This document shows, in pieces, positions 1 through 9,665 of a stretch of DNA of 64,000 nucleotides (positions are counted from its first letter, which is position 1; every line of letters begins with the position of its first letter). The position numbers and the translations under genes were made by a program. Under the pieces are notes generated by a model. The model did no database searches, was not told the DNA's origin, and saw only the letters and a list, made by a program, of their open reading frames with translations. This stretch comes from Patescibacteria group bacterium (GTDB lineage: Bacteria > Patescibacteriota > Microgenomatia > UBA8517), in contig JBBRBD010000002.1 in assembly GCA_038206135.1 (NCBI GenBank), forward strand, positions 66,896 to 130,895, read 5' to 3'.

Positions 1-86
1 TTTAACGATAACAGGCACCGATTTATTTATAAGTTTTTTTCTCTTATTAAAACTAAGGAACCCTCACCTTTGATATAATTTCTTCT

Positions 87-602
87 ATGATTCTTCCTAA
101 AGTTCGAGATCAACGTTTTATAACTATTCGCCGGGGCGGGACACTAACGGACGCTCATCACCATTTGCTTTCGCTCTGGGCGGCCACGTGTGCAGAACAT
201 GTCTTGCCACTTTTTGAATCTGAAAACCCTTCTGATGAGCGGCCAGCTCATGCAATTAAACAAGCCCGTGCATGGGCTCATGGTGAAATTACCATGACAG
301 AAGCACGAGAAGCCGGAGGTCATGGCATGGCGGCTGCTAGAGGGCTTCAGGGAGCCCCACGTTATGCTGCATATGCGGCCGGTCAAGCAGCGGTCGTTTC
401 TCATGTTGCGGCCCATGAACTGGGTGCTGCAGCATACGCAATTAAAGCCGTTCAAGCTGCTGCATCCGTGGCACAAAGCGAGAACAAACGAAAACTGGAA
501 TGCCAGTGGCAGCGTGATCAGCTTCCAAAGGAAATTCGGGATCTTGTGATTGAAGATGAGTGCCTCCGAAACGATATCTGTTGGTTTGTATTTGATTGTT
601 AA
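87..602 (+). CDS. Imm5-like putative immunity protein
   Basis: Ala-rich helical protein with WAxxCAEHVL...D.RP..AI..ARAW..GE and AAYAAGQA...H pattern typical of Imm-5-like proteins. Confidence 0.7.
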   Translation: MILPKVRDQRFITIRRGGTLTDAHHHLLSLWAATCAEHVLPLFESENPSDERPAHAIKQARAWAHGEITMTEAREAGGHGMAAARGLQGAPRYAAYAAGQAAVVSHVAAHELGAAAYAIKAVQAAASVAQSENKRKLECQWQRDQLPKEIRDLVIEDECLRNDICWFVFDC

Positions 603-660
603 TAAACGGTTTTTAGTATTTTTCTCTGAAGCTGACCACGGTGTCTGATCTTAAAACCTT

Positions 661-1533
661 TTATTTAGGAAGAATATTATTTTTATACAGAAAGTCTGCA
701 ATCTCTTGGCTCATAAAAATTAATCCAGTTGAAGAGGGGTGAATATAATCGTCTTTATTAATGTAGTTAATATTCACATCTCCCTTGAGCATTCCATCTT
801 TATATATATTTATAAGCGGAATGTTATGTGAAGTTGCGTAATTTATATGGTTCTCAATGTATGCTTTTCGCTCCGTGACCCAGGCACTTCGCTGTTCTTG
901 ATTGAGAGTAACAACTCCTTTGCCGTAATATTTTTCAGATGGAGCAAGGTCAGCCAAAAATACAATTAAAGTACCTGGTCTTTGTGTAACTAGTTGAAGA
1001 ACTGCACTGTCCAGCGCTTCAGTTTGTTTTTTAAGCCCTTCATCTAATGGCAAGTTAGACAGTGGGTTGTGACCAAAGGAACCGATGATAATGATGTCGA
1101 GTGCTCTTTTGAAAATAGCCTCGTTTGTTTTTCCGTTGTATGTCGTATCATTGTTCAGTCGCTCATTGAGCGTTAAAATGCTTGTCGATCCGTAACCATA
1201 ATTAAATAACCCAAAAACGGTATTTGGATACTGTTTTTTTAAATCAAGTCTCAAGTAATCAAAGTTTGATCCAAACGCATCGATCATTGAGTCACCAATA
1301 AAAATTATTGTATAAGCTTCGTTATTTTTTATGACTGGCTGTTCATAGTGAGCAATTGGAGTTGGTGAGGGAGTAGGTGTTACAGAAATATTCTTAACTG
1401 TAGTGTTTGTCGAAAGTGACTCGGCGTTTGGCTTTCGAAAAAAGAGTACTGCTGCACTTATTGAGACTAACAAGAGAACAATTAAGACAAGCGTCTGGGT
1501 AAACCCACGTTCTGAAGTATTCGTGCGAATCAT
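661..1533 (-). CDS. SGNH/GDSL hydrolase with pilin-like N-terminal anchor
   Basis: GDSM, GYG, GHN and DYIHP SGNH blocks; N-terminus ERGF plus hydrophobic helix, then PT linker. Confidence 0.8.
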   Translation of the reverse strand: MIRTNTSERGFTQTLVLIVLLLVSISAAVLFFRKPNAESLSTNTTVKNISVTPTPSPTPIAHYEQPVIKNNEAYTIIFIGDSMIDAFGSNFDYLRLDLKKQYPNTVFGLFNYGYGSTSILTLNERLNNDTTYNGKTNEAIFKRALDIIIIGSFGHNPLSNLPLDEGLKKQTEALDSAVLQLVTQRPGTLIVFLADLAPSEKYYGKGVVTLNQEQRSAWVTERKAYIENHINYATSHNIPLINIYKDGMLKGDVNINYINKDDYIHPSSTGLIFMSQEIADFLYKNNILPK

Positions 1534-1685
1534 TATTTGTTAAGCATACAGGAACATGCAGTAATCGGGACATTAACTCAAGAAAGTAACAGACGAAGAA
1601 AAATAGTTTATTTATTCGTCTTCTCCTGTTTTAAAATAAACAATAATTTTGTCATAAACACCTAAACTTTTGATATAATTTCCCC

Positions 1686-2114
1686 ATGACAGAACCAAAA
1701 ACAAAAATCACCAATCAGAATCCTCAAGATTTTCTCAAAACAATTGAACCAGAACAACGGCAATTAGATTCCATCACACTTTTAAAAATGTTTGAGAAAG
1801 TGACTGGGGAAAAGGCTGTAATGTGGGGAACAAGTATGGTGGGATTTGGAAAGTATCATTATAGATCCGAAAAAAGCACCCAAGAAGGAGACTGGTTTTT
1901 GGTGGGATTCTCTCCACGAAAACAAAATCTTACCCTGTATATTATGCATGGTAATAATGATAGTTCTTCACTGCTCGAGAAATTAGGTAAACATAAGATA
2001 AGTAGTGGAATCGGCGGCTGTTTATATATCAATAAACTTTCTGATGTAGACCAAACAGTACTTGAAAAACTAATAAACACTTCATTTCAGTACATGAAAA
2101 CGAAAAACACGTAA
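1686..2114 (+). CDS. DUF1801/YdhG-like protein
   Basis: MWGTSMVGFGKYHY...GFSPRKQNLTLY...LGKHK...GCLYI family pattern. Confidence 0.85.
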   Translation: MTEPKTKITNQNPQDFLKTIEPEQRQLDSITLLKMFEKVTGEKAVMWGTSMVGFGKYHYRSEKSTQEGDWFLVGFSPRKQNLTLYIMHGNNDSSSLLEKLGKHKISSGIGGCLYINKLSDVDQTVLEKLINTSFQYMKTKNT

Positions 2115-2209
2115 AGACTAGTAACACTCATTGCCTTTTTTTCTCAAATCGCAAACGCTTCTTACAAAAACTTTTAAAATAAACCCAACCAGAGCAAAGA
2201 CTCATAGTA

Positions 2210-2238
2210 TTGACATTTGGATTATTTGGGACTAATAT
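2210..2238 (+). promoter_or_regulatory. sigma70 promoter for the lipoprotein gene
   Basis: TTGACA-17 nt-TAATAT; AGGAG SD upstream of ATG 2292. Confidence 0.65.
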
Positions 2239-2291
2239 ATGCATCGCATCCAAGTATCTCAATCAGGGTGCTGATAATTTAGGAGCTGAGA

Positions 2292-2696
2292 ATGAAGCGT
2301 CTGATTAGTCTTATGCTGATATTCATGTTTCTACTCACCGCGTGCTCACCAGGCTTGGGGGATAGACCCAGTGGGATTGGAAAGGAAGCATACGGCCGAG
2401 GAACTGTGTCTAATCTTGAACCACTGAACAACGGTTTGTGGCAAATTTGGATATTTGGGGATAGCACCTATGTGTACTGCACCCTTGATGCCACTTTAGT
2501 GGAAAAGGTCAGAAACTCAATGTCGGAATACGACGCTGTTGTTTTTTATACCTATCGAGATTGGAAGGTTGGTGACCTTGAATATGACAATACTGATTCA
2601 ACTGGTTACAGACTAAGTACGACATGTGGGCAACTACATAAAGACACTCTTGGCAGTAAGTTGTTGTCTTTGACATTGATTAAAAAGCCACAGTAG
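2292..2696 (+). CDS. hypothetical lipoprotein
   Basis: Signal peptide with lipobox LTAC; strong SD. Confidence 0.75.
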   Translation: MKRLISLMLIFMFLLTACSPGLGDRPSGIGKEAYGRGTVSNLEPLNNGLWQIWIFGDSTYVYCTLDATLVEKVRNSMSEYDAVVFYTYRDWKVGDLEYDNTDSTGYRLSTTCGQLHKDTLGSKLLSLTLIKKPQ

Positions 2697-2711
2697 TTTT
2701 CCATTGTTAGT

Positions 2712-2739
2712 AGTCTCCCCATTGGGGAGACTCTTTTTT
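2712..2739 (+). terminator. intrinsic terminator
   Basis: AGTCTCCCC-ATT-GGGGAGACT followed by a T run. Confidence 0.8.
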
Positions 2740-2796
2740 ACTTAAAAAAGCGTATTTATGATAGACATACTCATTTAATTTTAATAAACTTCCACT

Positions 2797-3144
2797 ATGC
2801 ATAAAACGAAACACGAAATGAAATTGCAGGCAGATTCCTTCAATGCAATGAAAACTGGGAAAAAAACTATTGAAGCTCGTCTTCTTGACGAGAAACGAAG
2901 TCTTGTAAAAATTGGAGATACTATCGAATTTAAAAACGACTCTAACCACCACCAATCTTTACAAACTGAAGTTGTCGGACTTCTTCATTATCCAAATTTT
3001 GAAACCATGTTTTCTGAAGTTACACCGCTTGTGTTTGGTTTCTCAACAAAAAGAGAATTGTTAACACAAATCGAACAATTCTACTCGACAGAGGATCAAG
3101 AAAAGTATGGTGTAGTTGGCATTAGAATAAGACTCATAGTTTGA
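2797..3144 (+). CDS. ASCH domain protein
   Basis: F..MK.GKKTIEARL.DEKR..VK.GD.IEF motif and C-terminal YGVVGIRI. Confidence 0.85.
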   Translation: MHKTKHEMKLQADSFNAMKTGKKTIEARLLDEKRSLVKIGDTIEFKNDSNHHQSLQTEVVGLLHYPNFETMFSEVTPLVFGFSTKRELLTQIEQFYSTEDQEKYGVVGIRIRLIV

Positions 3145-3210
3145 TTGATCGTGCTTCTCATGATAAAATTCACCCTGTCGGTCATTTCACGTTAACATAA
3201 GGAGATATTA

Positions 3211-3744
3211 GTGGCTAAGATTATATATGAACAAGGTGACTGTTTTAGATTTACAGAAGGTGCAGGAGTTGTGATTGATGACAACCAAGCCCTAATCATT
3301 ACTGGCCGTGGAGGGCGCACTGGTTACGAAATTGAGAAAGGGCCAATACCCGACAGCGCCTTGCCAGCAGAGCTTGAGACTTTGGCTAGTGAAATTCAGC
3401 TGGCTATACGAGCAGTATCAGTTGTTTTGGCGAAGCCAATTTCATTTGTTCCTGCAATTCGTCCAGCAAATTCAGTGTTGTTAACCGATTTTGTTCCCTA
3501 TACCTGGGACCACAACTTGGATCTGAAAGACAAAGATTTTTTTGTTTCAGCAAACATGATTCCAGTCCTTGAAAAGTTGAAGCAGCGCGGCGTTCATCTG
3601 GTATTTGATGGGTCTAAGTCACAAGGCTTAGATATCCTCTCGAACTTAGACGAAAAGCTAGGGTCTGTGAATGTTTTCCCAGGTATATCATGGCTTTTGG
3701 GGCTGGTCCTAGCTCTCCAAGATATAGCTAAAAACATGAACTAA
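3211..3744 (+). CDS. hypothetical protein
   Basis: 177-aa ORF, GTG start with AAGGAG SD, followed by a terminator. Confidence 0.7.
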   Translation: MAKIIYEQGDCFRFTEGAGVVIDDNQALIITGRGGRTGYEIEKGPIPDSALPAELETLASEIQLAIRAVSVVLAKPISFVPAIRPANSVLLTDFVPYTWDHNLDLKDKDFFVSANMIPVLEKLKQRGVHLVFDGSKSQGLDILSNLDEKLGSVNVFPGISWLLGLVLALQDIAKNMN

Positions 3745-3764
3745 TCTTGAAAAAAGCTTCGTAC

Positions 3765-3798
3765 GGCTTATCCATTCATTGGGTAAGCCATTTTTTTT
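3765..3798 (+). terminator. intrinsic terminator
   Basis: GGCTTATCCA/TGGGTAAGCC stem followed by T8. Confidence 0.75.
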
Positions 3799-3855
3799 GT
3801 GTAAAAAAATATTTCTTCAATCTCTGGATCATGTCGAGAGACATAATTTGGAGTT

Positions 3856-4272
3856 TTATGATATTAGTTCTTTAATTACCTGACTAACTCCCGGAAGTAG
3901 GGGAAGCGCAAGGGCTTCATCTTCGGAGTACCAACCGAAATCATTATGTTCATTACTTAAGCGAACTTCAGTCGAGTCGAGATCAACAGTAAAGACTATT
4001 CTAAAACAAAGTATATTTTGGCCGTTTGCCTCAGTCTCACTGTAGTTGGAAACACTTAGCTGCATATTTCTCACCGTTGCGCCAATTTCTTCCTGTATCT
4101 CACGCTTCAACGCTTCATCTGGCTTTTCATCCGCTTCTATCTTGCCCTCAACAAATTGCCAGTGATTTGGATAAGAGGCAACTGCACTTCGTTTCAATAA
4201 TAAAATCTTCCCTTCATTATTATTAATTACGGCGCTTGCTAGGGTAATAATTCTGTCTATTTTGCGGTTCAT
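3856..4272 (-). CDS. NUDIX hydrolase (MutT-like)
   Basis: Nudix box GKIEADEKPDEALKREIQEEIG; LSNEH..FGW. Confidence 0.9.
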   Translation of the reverse strand: MNRKIDRIITLASAVINNNEGKILLLKRSAVASYPNHWQFVEGKIEADEKPDEALKREIQEEIGATVRNMQLSVSNYSETEANGQNILCFRIVFTVDLDSTEVRLSNEHNDFGWYSEDEALALPLLPGVSQVIKELIS

Positions 4273-4344
4273 ACTTCTTTTATTTGATGCAGTATATCAA
4301 GACAGTTCTGTACAACTACTACAACTAGTGCAATCATGTGTAAT

Positions 4345-4515
4345 ATGACAACAAATGCAAAACAACGCACCACCCTATTTTTGCATCCAAGCTTAGTTAA
4401 GCAAGCTCGGGCTCAAGCTGTTCTTGAAGACATAACGCTTACGGCCCTTGTTGGAAAATCTCTTATTAAGTACTTACCTCAGGAAACTATCATAAAAAAG
4501 GAAGTAGGTGAATAG
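4345..4515 (+). CDS. small ribbon-helix-helix-like DNA-binding protein (not in ORF track)
   Basis: Hand translation MTTNAKQRTTLFLHPSLVKQARAQAVLEDITLTALVGKSLIKYLPQETIIKKEVGE; alternating beta pattern then two helices; stop 2 nt before the next ATG. Confidence 0.65.
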   Translation: MTTNAKQRTTLFLHPSLVKQARAQAVLEDITLTALVGKSLIKYLPQETIIKKEVGE

Positions 4516-4517
4516 AT

Positions 4518-4904
4518 ATGGCTCAAATTATAAAAGAAACGACGGTCTCTTCTAATAGTAATGCGGTGATTCCAAATCCAGGGAAAGATACTAATTCTCA
4601 AACAACAGAATACTTAATTTATTTCTTGTTTGGACTGCTTGATGTGTTACTCGTATTTCGTTTATTCTTTAAACTAACGGGCGCAAGTGTAGGAAGCAGT
4701 TTTGTGCATTTTATCTATCAAATAACCGGTATCTTTATTTATCCATTTGAAGGGATTTTTCATAGAGCTGTTTCGCAGGGAATTGAAACTGCTTCTGTAT
4801 TGGAACCTTCAACGATCGTCGCGATCGTTGTGTATTCAATTCTCTCGTGGGGACTCGTTATGCTCTTGAGAATTTTAACGAAGGATAAGACTGTTGGAGA
4901 GTAG
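4518..4904 (+). CDS. YggT-family membrane protein
   Basis: LLVFRLFFKL.GA...FVHFIY.IT...YPFEGIF pattern. Confidence 0.75.
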   Translation: MAQIIKETTVSSNSNAVIPNPGKDTNSQTTEYLIYFLFGLLDVLLVFRLFFKLTGASVGSSFVHFIYQITGIFIYPFEGIFHRAVSQGIETASVLEPSTIVAIVVYSILSWGLVMLLRILTKDKTVGE

Positions 4905-4940
4905 TGAGTTTTTACAAAAAAGAAAGTAGGTGAGTAAATT

Positions 4941-5183
4941 ATGAATTCTATTATTTATTGGATCGTTTTTGGACTAATTGCAGGAAGTATTGCTAACTTT
5001 ATTGCGCCAAATGGAAAAGGTGGCATTGTTGGATCAATTATCTTGGGAATAGTTGGTGCGTTCGTTGGTGGATACTTGGGACAAACTTTCTTTGGAGTAG
5101 GAGTTAGTGGCTTTAATGTAATGTCGTTTGTCGTTGCAGTTGCAGGATCTTTAGTTGTGCTCTTTATTGCACGACTTTTCTAA
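4941..5183 (+). CDS. GlsB/YeaQ/YmgE (transglycosylase-associated) membrane protein
   Basis: WIVFGLIAG.IA...IILGIVGAFVGG...AVAGSLVVL. Confidence 0.9.
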   Translation: MNSIIYWIVFGLIAGSIANFIAPNGKGGIVGSIILGIVGAFVGGYLGQTFFGVGVSGFNVMSFVVAVAGSLVVLFIARLF

Positions 5184-5194
5184 AAAAATCAAGG

Positions 5195-5626
5195 TTAGTG
5201 GAGGATCATACTGACGGCGAGTGCACCAGCGAGCAGTGAGGCAAATGATCCTCCTACCATGACTAGACTCTTTGTGAGCATCCACTCCCTTTTTGTGTTA
5301 CTGAATAAAATTCCAGAAACATGTGCAGGTACAATAAATCCGACCCAAATCCAAAAGGTGAGCATCACCAACGAATAATTTGGAAGCTGCGTGCGTAGCA
5401 CTACAAGAACTATTGAAGTGATTATCGTGACCAGAAGTTGAACACCAAAGAGTGGTCCCATTTCAGACATCATTTTTTGCTGAGTTTTCTTGTCGAGCTT
5501 ATCAAAACCATGAATCTTTCCCCATAGCTTACCAAAGAGCGGCGTGTACCAAATAGCTCCCACTACAAACTGTGTAAGGGTTCCAATAAATAGTGCTAAT
5601 AATTGCTGTGATGTCATAATCTTCAT
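5195..5626 (-). CDS. DUF1761 membrane protein
   Basis: FVVGAIWYTPLFGKLW motif, four TM helices. Confidence 0.8.
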   Translation of the reverse strand: MKIMTSQQLLALFIGTLTQFVVGAIWYTPLFGKLWGKIHGFDKLDKKTQQKMMSEMGPLFGVQLLVTIITSIVLVVLRTQLPNYSLVMLTFWIWVGFIVPAHVSGILFSNTKREWMLTKSLVMVGGSFASLLAGALAVSMILH

Positions 5627-5682
5627 TTACTGTATCGAAAGTTTTTTTCTTACGCAACACTCAAATGATATACTCCACAGAT

Positions 5683-6210
5683 ATGCCACTTCTTTCGTTC
5701 GAAACCAAATTATTTGAAATAAATAAAACTGTTATTGCCCTACTAAAAAAGAATGAAAGTGAAAAGCTTCCTTCTCGAGGAATGGCACTGGTTACGGGCA
5801 CAATAAATAGTTTTCAGTTTACAACTCCGCTTGAGCCCGATGGTCGTGGTAGCCATTGGTTAAAAGTAACGACGGACATGCAAAAAGAAGCACACCTGAA
5901 AACTGGGCAAACAATAAAACTTGAACTTGATATTTCTTCAGAGTGGCCAGAGCCAAAAATTCCATCAGATGTTTTGTCTGCATTAAAAAATGACGAAAAA
6001 GCTAACAAGCTGTGGAATGAAATCACCCCGATGGCTCGCTGGGATTGGCTTCGATGGATTGATTCAACAAAAAACGTTGAGACAAGAGCACACCGCATTG
6101 AAGTTGCTTGCTCTAAGCTTAGGAAGGGAACGAGGAGACCATGCTGCTTTAATAGATCAATGTGTTGCGATGTATCCGTTTCCCAAAGTGGATTATTAAC
6201 AGAAGTATGA
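5683..6210 (+). CDS. DUF1905/YdeI-OmpD-associated family protein
   Basis: LPSRG...LEPDGRGSHW; TPMARWDW.RWI...K..ETR..RI; start moved to ATG 5683 after an extended -10 (TGATATACT). Confidence 0.8.
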   Translation: MPLLSFETKLFEINKTVIALLKKNESEKLPSRGMALVTGTINSFQFTTPLEPDGRGSHWLKVTTDMQKEAHLKTGQTIKLELDISSEWPEPKIPSDVLSALKNDEKANKLWNEITPMARWDWLRWIDSTKNVETRAHRIEVACSKLRKGTRRPCCFNRSMCCDVSVSQSGLLTEV

Positions 6211-6737
6211 AAAAAGTTGTGATAGCCTCCACTAACCCCGTTAAAATTGAAACAACAAGCCGAGGTTTTTCAAAGATGTTTCCAGATCTTAAATTTGAAT
6301 TTATAGGGGTGTCAGCCCCTTCTGGAGTTTCAGACCAGCCCATGAGTGAAGTAGAAACGTTAAACGGCGCAATAAACAGAGCAGAAAATGTATCAAAACT
6401 AGAGAATAAGGCAGATTTTTGGGTTGGAATCGAGGGTGGTCTTGAAGAAATTAGCACCGAAATGGAATCTTTTGCTTGGGTTGTTGTAAAGTCCAAGTCT
6501 GGTAAATTTGGCAAGGGTAGAACTGGATCATTCTTCTTGCCTGATAAAGTGACAAGACTTATAAAACAAGGAAAAGAATTAGGCGAGGCGGATGATATCG
6601 TCTTTAAAATGGAAAATTCAAAACAAGCAAATGGGTCTGTGGGGATTCTAACGGGAAACGTTTTAACCAGAACCAGCTTTTATGAACCTGCAGTGATACT
6701 TGCGTTGATACCATTTAAAAATGGGGAACTATATTAA
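6207..6737 (+). CDS. yjjX: non-canonical purine NTP phosphatase (ITP/XTP; YjjX family)
   Basis: ASTNPVK, SGVSDQP, ET..GA.NRA, VGIEGG, G.ELG; ATGA overlap with the upstream stop. Confidence 0.9.
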   Translation: MKKVVIASTNPVKIETTSRGFSKMFPDLKFEFIGVSAPSGVSDQPMSEVETLNGAINRAENVSKLENKADFWVGIEGGLEEISTEMESFAWVVVKSKSGKFGKGRTGSFFLPDKVTRLIKQGKELGEADDIVFKMENSKQANGSVGILTGNVLTRTSFYEPAVILALIPFKNGELY

Positions 6738-6845
6738 TGTAAATAGCATCGGTGAAGCTTCTGTTGCATAATTGATTGTTTCAAAATGATTGTATTTTCA
6801 AAAAACTCTATTAAGGGTTGTGACTAAAATAAGGTATTATTAAGA

Positions 6846-9281
6846 ATGCGTAAAGAGAGAGGTCTCTCTACTATTCGAGCAGAGCACCTCCGAATTAAGT
6901 TTGGTAAAAATTTGCTTCCTGAAAATCCACCACCTTCAAATGTCAGCTTGTTCCTTTCTCAATTCAAAAACCCACTTATTTATGTTCTGCTTGTTGCAGG
7001 GGTTTTAACGATTGCAATTCAGCATTTCTCAGATGCACTCATTATTTTAATTTCTGTCTCAATTAATACAGTACTCGGATTTATTCAAGAAAGAAAAGCA
7101 TCCACCGCTTTATATGCGCTGAAACATTACGTTTCAAGTGAATCTATTGTTTTCCGAGAAGGAAAAAGAACACAGGTTGACACTGAAGATCTTGTACCAG
7201 GTGATGTTGTAATTCTTTCACAAGGCACAAAAATTCCCGCGGATGGGGTGTTGATAAGTGCAAATAGACTGTTTGTAAATGAGTCGATTTTAACAGGTGA
7301 GAGTATTTCAGTTGAAAAAGTTGGTAAGAATGAAACATTCATGGGAACAACTGTCGCAACAGGCCAAGGAATTATGCGGGTGACAACGATTGGAGCACAA
7401 ACTCGTATGGGTGCCATTGCACTGAAAATTCAAGAAAAAGAAGAAGACACACCGTTGCAAAAACAATTGAAAATTTTTAGTCGACAACTTATCCTTGTTA
7501 TCACAGTATTGATATTTATTGTGTTCATCCTAGGGATACTTCGTGGATATAGCTTGACAGAAATATTCGTTACTTCGGTTGCTTTGGCAGTCTCAAGTAT
7601 TCCAGAAGGACTTATTGTTTCGCTTACCGTAGTACTTGCAATCGGAATGCAAAAAATTCTGAAGAGAAAAGGGTTGGTACGAAAACTTTCCGCTGCGGAA
7701 ACATTAGGGGGAGTAACCACTATTTGTGTTGATAAAACAGGAACTCTCACTGAAGGACGAATGGAGGTCGTCACAATAGTTGGAGACACTAAAAAGATTG
7801 CAGAGCAAGTACTTACTGCAAATGACCTAGACGACCCAATTGTTGTTGCGGCATATGCGTGGGGAAAGAAAATAATACCGGAATTTACCAATGAAAACAC
7901 CCGTCTCGACAGTATTCCATTTTCTTCAGAAGCACGCTGCTTTGTGAGTTTGAACTCCTGGAATTCTCAAGCGAATAGAATGTTCGTAAACGGTGCCCCA
8001 GAAGTTATTTTAAATTGGACAACCCTGACAAAGAAACAACGACATGAGGTACTTTTAAAAATTGACGAGCTTACAAAACAAGGCATGCGATTAATGGGAG
8101 TAGCGTATAAATCTGTTTCGCTTTCCAAAAAAAGAATTGAAAATACTGATCACAAAAGCGACCTCATATGGGGTGGAGTACTCGCATTTTCAGATCCGGT
8201 AAGGAGTGGGGTAAAAACTGCTCTTGAGAAGGCGTCAGCCGCGGGAATTCGTACCGTTGTTATTACCGGCGATTATGCAAAGACTTCACAATTTGTTTTG
8301 TCACAGTTGGGAATTGAATTATCTGAGGATCAAATAATTACGGGAGAAGAGGTACGAAAACTTTCAGTTGCAGAGCTTTCTGAAAAAGTGCAATCAATTA
8401 GACTGTTTGCACGCACAACACCTGACCAAAAGCTCATGATTGTAAAGGCGTTTAAAAGAAATGGAGAAGTCGTTTCGATGATGGGAGATGGCGTTAACGA
8501 TGCCCCGGCTTTACATGAATCAGATATAGGCGTTGCAGTAGGAGAAGCAACTGACGTTGCGAAAGAATCTGCAGACTTGGTACTCCTTAATTCAAACTTC
8601 TCAACTATTATTGCTTCAATAGAAGAAGGACGTTCTATCTTTGAAAATATTCGAAAAATTATTTTATATTTGATGACAGATGCGTTTGCAGAAATAATTG
8701 TGGTTTTAGGAAGTATTCTCTTAGGGTTTCCTTTAGCCATTTCTGCGGTCCAAATTTTGTGGGTGAACTTGGTGTCAGATGGGTTTCCAAACTTGGCGCT
8801 TACAATAGACCCCACAAGAGCAAGTGTAATGAGTGAGCGTCCGAGATCTCCGAGAGAGCAACTAGTTAACTCGTGGATGTTTTTGTTAATTGGAGTCGTA
8901 AGCACTGTTGCTGGTCTTTTAGCTCTGGGATCCTTTGTATTTGTACACAGACAGTCAGGTGATATAGAACTTGCTCGGTCAGTAGCCTTTATCACGCTTG
9001 GACTGAACTCTTTAATATATGTTTTTTCATTAAGGTCCCTTATGTTGCCATTTTGGAAGAGTAACCTGTTTGAAAATAAATGGCTCGTCCTGGCAGTTCT
9101 TTCAGGATTTGTTTTACAATGGATTCCATTTTCGCTCCCAATTACCAGAAAGTTTTTTGGGCTTGTTCCATTATCGGTAAGTTACTGGATTGCAGCCATC
9201 GGCTTATCACTTGCAATGTTTGCGGTTGTTGAAGTTTTCAAGTTAATTTACCACAACAGAATAGTGAAGGGGAGAGTTTAA
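6846..9281 (+). CDS. cation-translocating P-type ATPase (type IIA-like)
   Basis: TGES, PEGL, DKTGTLT, TGD and GDGVNDAPAL motifs. Confidence 0.95.
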   Translation: MRKERGLSTIRAEHLRIKFGKNLLPENPPPSNVSLFLSQFKNPLIYVLLVAGVLTIAIQHFSDALIILISVSINTVLGFIQERKASTALYALKHYVSSESIVFREGKRTQVDTEDLVPGDVVILSQGTKIPADGVLISANRLFVNESILTGESISVEKVGKNETFMGTTVATGQGIMRVTTIGAQTRMGAIALKIQEKEEDTPLQKQLKIFSRQLILVITVLIFIVFILGILRGYSLTEIFVTSVALAVSSIPEGLIVSLTVVLAIGMQKILKRKGLVRKLSAAETLGGVTTICVDKTGTLTEGRMEVVTIVGDTKKIAEQVLTANDLDDPIVVAAYAWGKKIIPEFTNENTRLDSIPFSSEARCFVSLNSWNSQANRMFVNGAPEVILNWTTLTKKQRHEVLLKIDELTKQGMRLMGVAYKSVSLSKKRIENTDHKSDLIWGGVLAFSDPVRSGVKTALEKASAAGIRTVVITGDYAKTSQFVLSQLGIELSEDQIITGEEVRKLSVAELSEKVQSIRLFARTTPDQKLMIVKAFKRNGEVVSMMGDGVNDAPALHESDIGVAVGEATDVAKESADLVLLNSNFSTIIASIEEGRSIFENIRKIILYLMTDAFAEIIVVLGSILLGFPLAISAVQILWVNLVSDGFPNLALTIDPTRASVMSERPRSPREQLVNSWMFLLIGVVSTVAGLLALGSFVFVHRQSGDIELARSVAFITLGLNSLIYVFSLRSLMLPFWKSNLFENKWLVLAVLSGFVLQWIPFSLPITRKFFGLVPLSVSYWIAAIGLSLAMFAVVEVFKLIYHNRIVKGRV

Positions 9282-9661
9282 ATAAAATCTGTAGTATCGT
9301 TTTCTGCTTCTTCTTTCGTTTTATGAATAGTTCCATCTTTGTGGTGTGGAGGAGCATACACTGTGTACAGCTTTAACGGGTTATCAGAAGAGGTGTTTAT
9401 CAAATTGTGTTTGGCTCCAGCCGGAACGACTATCGAAACTCCATCTGAAACAACATGTTCTTCACCATTTATAATTACTTTTCCTTCTCCCTTTTCTACT
9501 CGCAAGAATTGGTCTACTATTGCATGAACTTCCTCACCAATGTCTTCATTTGGTAATAAACTCATCAAAACCAATTGTTCATGCTGTCCGGTAAACAATA
9601 CCTTACGGAAGTACTCATTTTTAAGCGTAAGCTCTTCGATGTTGTCTACATATCCAATCAT
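9278..9661 (-). CDS. cupin domain protein
   Basis: IGEEVH..DQF.RVE.G.G...VPAG.KHN..N...LKLYT.YAPP.H. Confidence 0.9.
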   Translation of the reverse strand: MIGYVDNIEELTLKNEYFRKVLFTGQHEQLVLMSLLPNEDIGEEVHAIVDQFLRVEKGEGKVIINGEEHVVSDGVSIVVPAGAKHNLINTSSDNPLKLYTVYAPPHHKDGTIHKTKEEAENDTTDFI

Positions 9662-9665
9662 ATAT

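Noticed and set aside
7127-8995. Long antisense ORFs inside the P-type ATPase (and similar ones inside CLC, tkt, fba, nrdJ)
   Set aside because: Shadow frames of well-supported genes on the opposite strand.
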